A stretch of DNA of 64,000 nt from an uncultured Ruficoccus sp. (GTDB taxonomy: Bacteria; Verrucomicrobiota; Verrucomicrobiia; Opitutales; Cerasicoccaceae): the NCBI GenBank assembly GCA_965140785.1, contig OZ223484.1, forward strand, positions 64,001 to 128,000, given 5' to 3'. Position 1 is the stretch's first letter. Each line of letters starts with the position of its first letter. Shown piece by piece: positions 62,343 to 64,000 of this stretch. Both the position numbers and the translations under genes were made by a program. The notes under the pieces are model-generated. The model had not been told where the DNA came from, made no database searches, and saw only the letters and a list, made by a program, of their open reading frames with translations.

Positions 62343-62383
62343 AACGCGGCACGCATTACCTGCAATAAGAGAGCACAAGCCCC

Positions 62384-63385
62384 CTACTCCGCCACTTCCG
62401 CAAACACCGTCAGATACCGCCGGGCGATGGCCTCGGCGGTGTGGCGGGCGAGGTGTTCGGGGGCGTTGGCCAGGAGGGTCTGGCAGCGGGCGTCGTTGCC
62501 GAGGAGGGCGCGCAGTTCGCCGCGCAGGCTGCCGGCGTTGTTGTTGGGGAAGGTGACGCCGCACGGGCCGATGGCGTCGGGCAGGCCGCCGCCGACCGAG
62601 ACGACCGGCACGCAGCCGCAGGCGATCCCCTCCAACGCGACGATCCCGAAGGGCTCGTTCCAGCGCGAGGGCACGGCAAGGACTTTATGGCGGTTGAGCA
62701 GCGCGACCAGCGCGGGGCCGGACTGGGCGCCGGTGAAAACAATGTCGCGGTCTTTGGCGCGGGCCTCCAGCCCGGCACGGTCGGGACCGTCCCCGATGAT
62801 GGTACAGGAGGCCGGTTGGCCGTCAGGCGTGCTCAGCCCGTCGAGCGCGTCGATGAGCAGGTCCGCCCCCTTGTCCGAAACGAGCCGCCCGAGAAAGGCC
62901 ACGTCGCGGTCCTTCGGGATCGCGGCGTCGCGGCGGAAAAGCTCGTCGCGGTACGGGTTGCCGATGATGACGGGCTGGCCGGGGAGAGCCTCGCCGATGG
63001 CACGGGAGATGGCGACATTGCGCACGCGCGAGGAGGCGAGTTTTTTTAAAAGATCCTGCCAGCCGGTGCGCCCGTCGGGGCGCATGAGCCAGGTCTGGTG
63101 CGTGACCACGGTGGGGGTGCCCTTGAGCAGGGCGGGGCCGAGCGTTTTCAGGCTGATATTGTTCTGCCAAAAAACCTCGCACCAGCCCAAGAGGGACTTG
63201 AGCTCGCCGCCGCCGGGCTGACGGTGGACGGCGCAGGGAAATGTATCGGGCTCGCCGGCGGGGGTCTGCGTGACCACCTGCACCTCGTGCCCGAGCCGGA
63301 CGAACGTCTCCGCCAGCATGGCCGAGACCGTCTCAATCCCTCCCACACTGGGGTGAAAAACATGGGACCCAACGAGGATTCGCAT
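62384..63385 (-). CDS. Glycosyltransferase family 4 protein
   Basis: PSVGGIE, GRLVSDKG, EPFGIVALEG. Confidence 0.93.
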   Translation of the reverse strand: MRILVGSHVFHPSVGGIETVSAMLAETFVRLGHEVQVVTQTPAGEPDTFPCAVHRQPGGGELKSLLGWCEVFWQNNISLKTLGPALLKGTPTVVTHQTWLMRPDGRTGWQDLLKKLASSRVRNVAISRAIGEALPGQPVIIGNPYRDELFRRDAAIPKDRDVAFLGRLVSDKGADLLIDALDGLSTPDGQPASCTIIGDGPDRAGLEARAKDRDIVFTGAQSGPALVALLNRHKVLAVPSRWNEPFGIVALEGIACGCVPVVSVGGGLPDAIGPCGVTFPNNNAGSLRGELRALLGNDARCQTLLANAPEHLARHTAEAIARRYLTVFAEVAE

Positions 63386-63505
63386 TGCGGTTAAATTGCC
63401 TCATGCGCAAGACTGGGAGTCAACCCGCATTTAGCCGAATTTCGAGAATCCCCCGCCAGCGGGCGACTCGCAACGCGCATTAATCACCCCCAACCGATTT
63501 CTCTC

Positions 63506-64000
63506 ATGGCCCTGCAAACCGTCAACCCCGCCACCGGCGAACTTATACGCGAGTACCCGGAGATGGAACTGCCGGAAATCCTCTCCATCCTCGACAAGGT
63601 GCAGGCGGACTTCGAACTGTGGCGCGAGCGCCCGGTGGCCAAGCGCGCCGCGATGTTCCAGCGCCTGGCCGAGATCCTGCGCACGGAAAAGGAAACCCAC
63701 GCCGCGGTCATGACGAAGGAAATGGGCAAGCCGCACAAGGAGGCCGTCTCCGAGGTCGAGAAATGTGCCTGGGTCTGCGAATACTACGCCGAGCACGGCG
63801 CGGACTTCCTGTCCGACCAGCCGATCGAGACGGAGGCGAGCGAGAGCTTCGTCACCTTTCAGCCGCTGGGGATTGTGCTCGCGGTCATGCCGTGGAATTT
63901 CCCCTTCTGGCAGGTCTTCCGCGCCGCGGTCCCGGCTCTGGTGGCGGGCAACGCCGTCGTCCTCAAGCACGCCTCCAACGTGCCCGAGTGCGCACTGACC
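63506..64000 (+). CDS. NAD-dependent succinate-semialdehyde dehydrogenase-like aldehyde dehydrogenase (3'-partial; absent from the ORF track)
   Basis: MALQTVNPATGE, EMGKP, EVEKCA, QPLGIVLAVMPWNFPFWQVFR, LKHASNVP. Confidence 0.92.
   Translation, partial: MALQTVNPATGELIREYPEMELPEILSILDKVQADFELWRERPVAKRAAMFQRLAEILRTEKETHAAVMTKEMGKPHKEAVSEVEKCAWVCEYYAEHGADFLSDQPIETEASESFVTFQPLGIVLAVMPWNFPFWQVFRAAVPALVAGNAVVLKHASNVPECALT

Overview
GC-rich bacterial chromosomal segment, most likely Verrucomicrobiota/Opitutia (inferred from a PEP-CTERM protein, the LacI-like regulator style and a short EF-Ts; not verified). 1-9.4 kb: sugar-catabolism cluster (GH36 alpha-galactosidase, sialate O-acetylesterase-like protein, two Gfo/Idh/MocA oxidoreductases, epimerase/SDR, AraC and LacI regulators). 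9863-20977: an ~11.1-kb genomic island integrated in the 3' end of a tRNA-Met(CAT). It has a 47-bp att duplication, matching arm-like repeats near both ends, a tyrosine integrase and a putative excisionase. Its cargo is an IS3 that truncates a DNA2/NAM7-type helicase, a Phd-antitoxin/zeta-like ATPase pair, a RosmerTA-like pair (XRE-M78 peptidase plus a partner with an in-frame stop) and two orphan genes. This candidate defence island is the most promising novelty. 21-64 kb: mostly housekeeping genes (rpsB-tsf, uup, hisA, tig-clpP-clpX, htpG, RND efflux with a PsrA-like TetR, SSS transporter, DsbD, CBS hybrid kinase). The intergenic spaces hold a 274-bp MITE-like element and at least two dispersed palindromic repeat families. 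Several otherwise clean genes carry small frameshifts, which suggests assembly indel errors. All calls come from reading motifs by eye; no database search was run.
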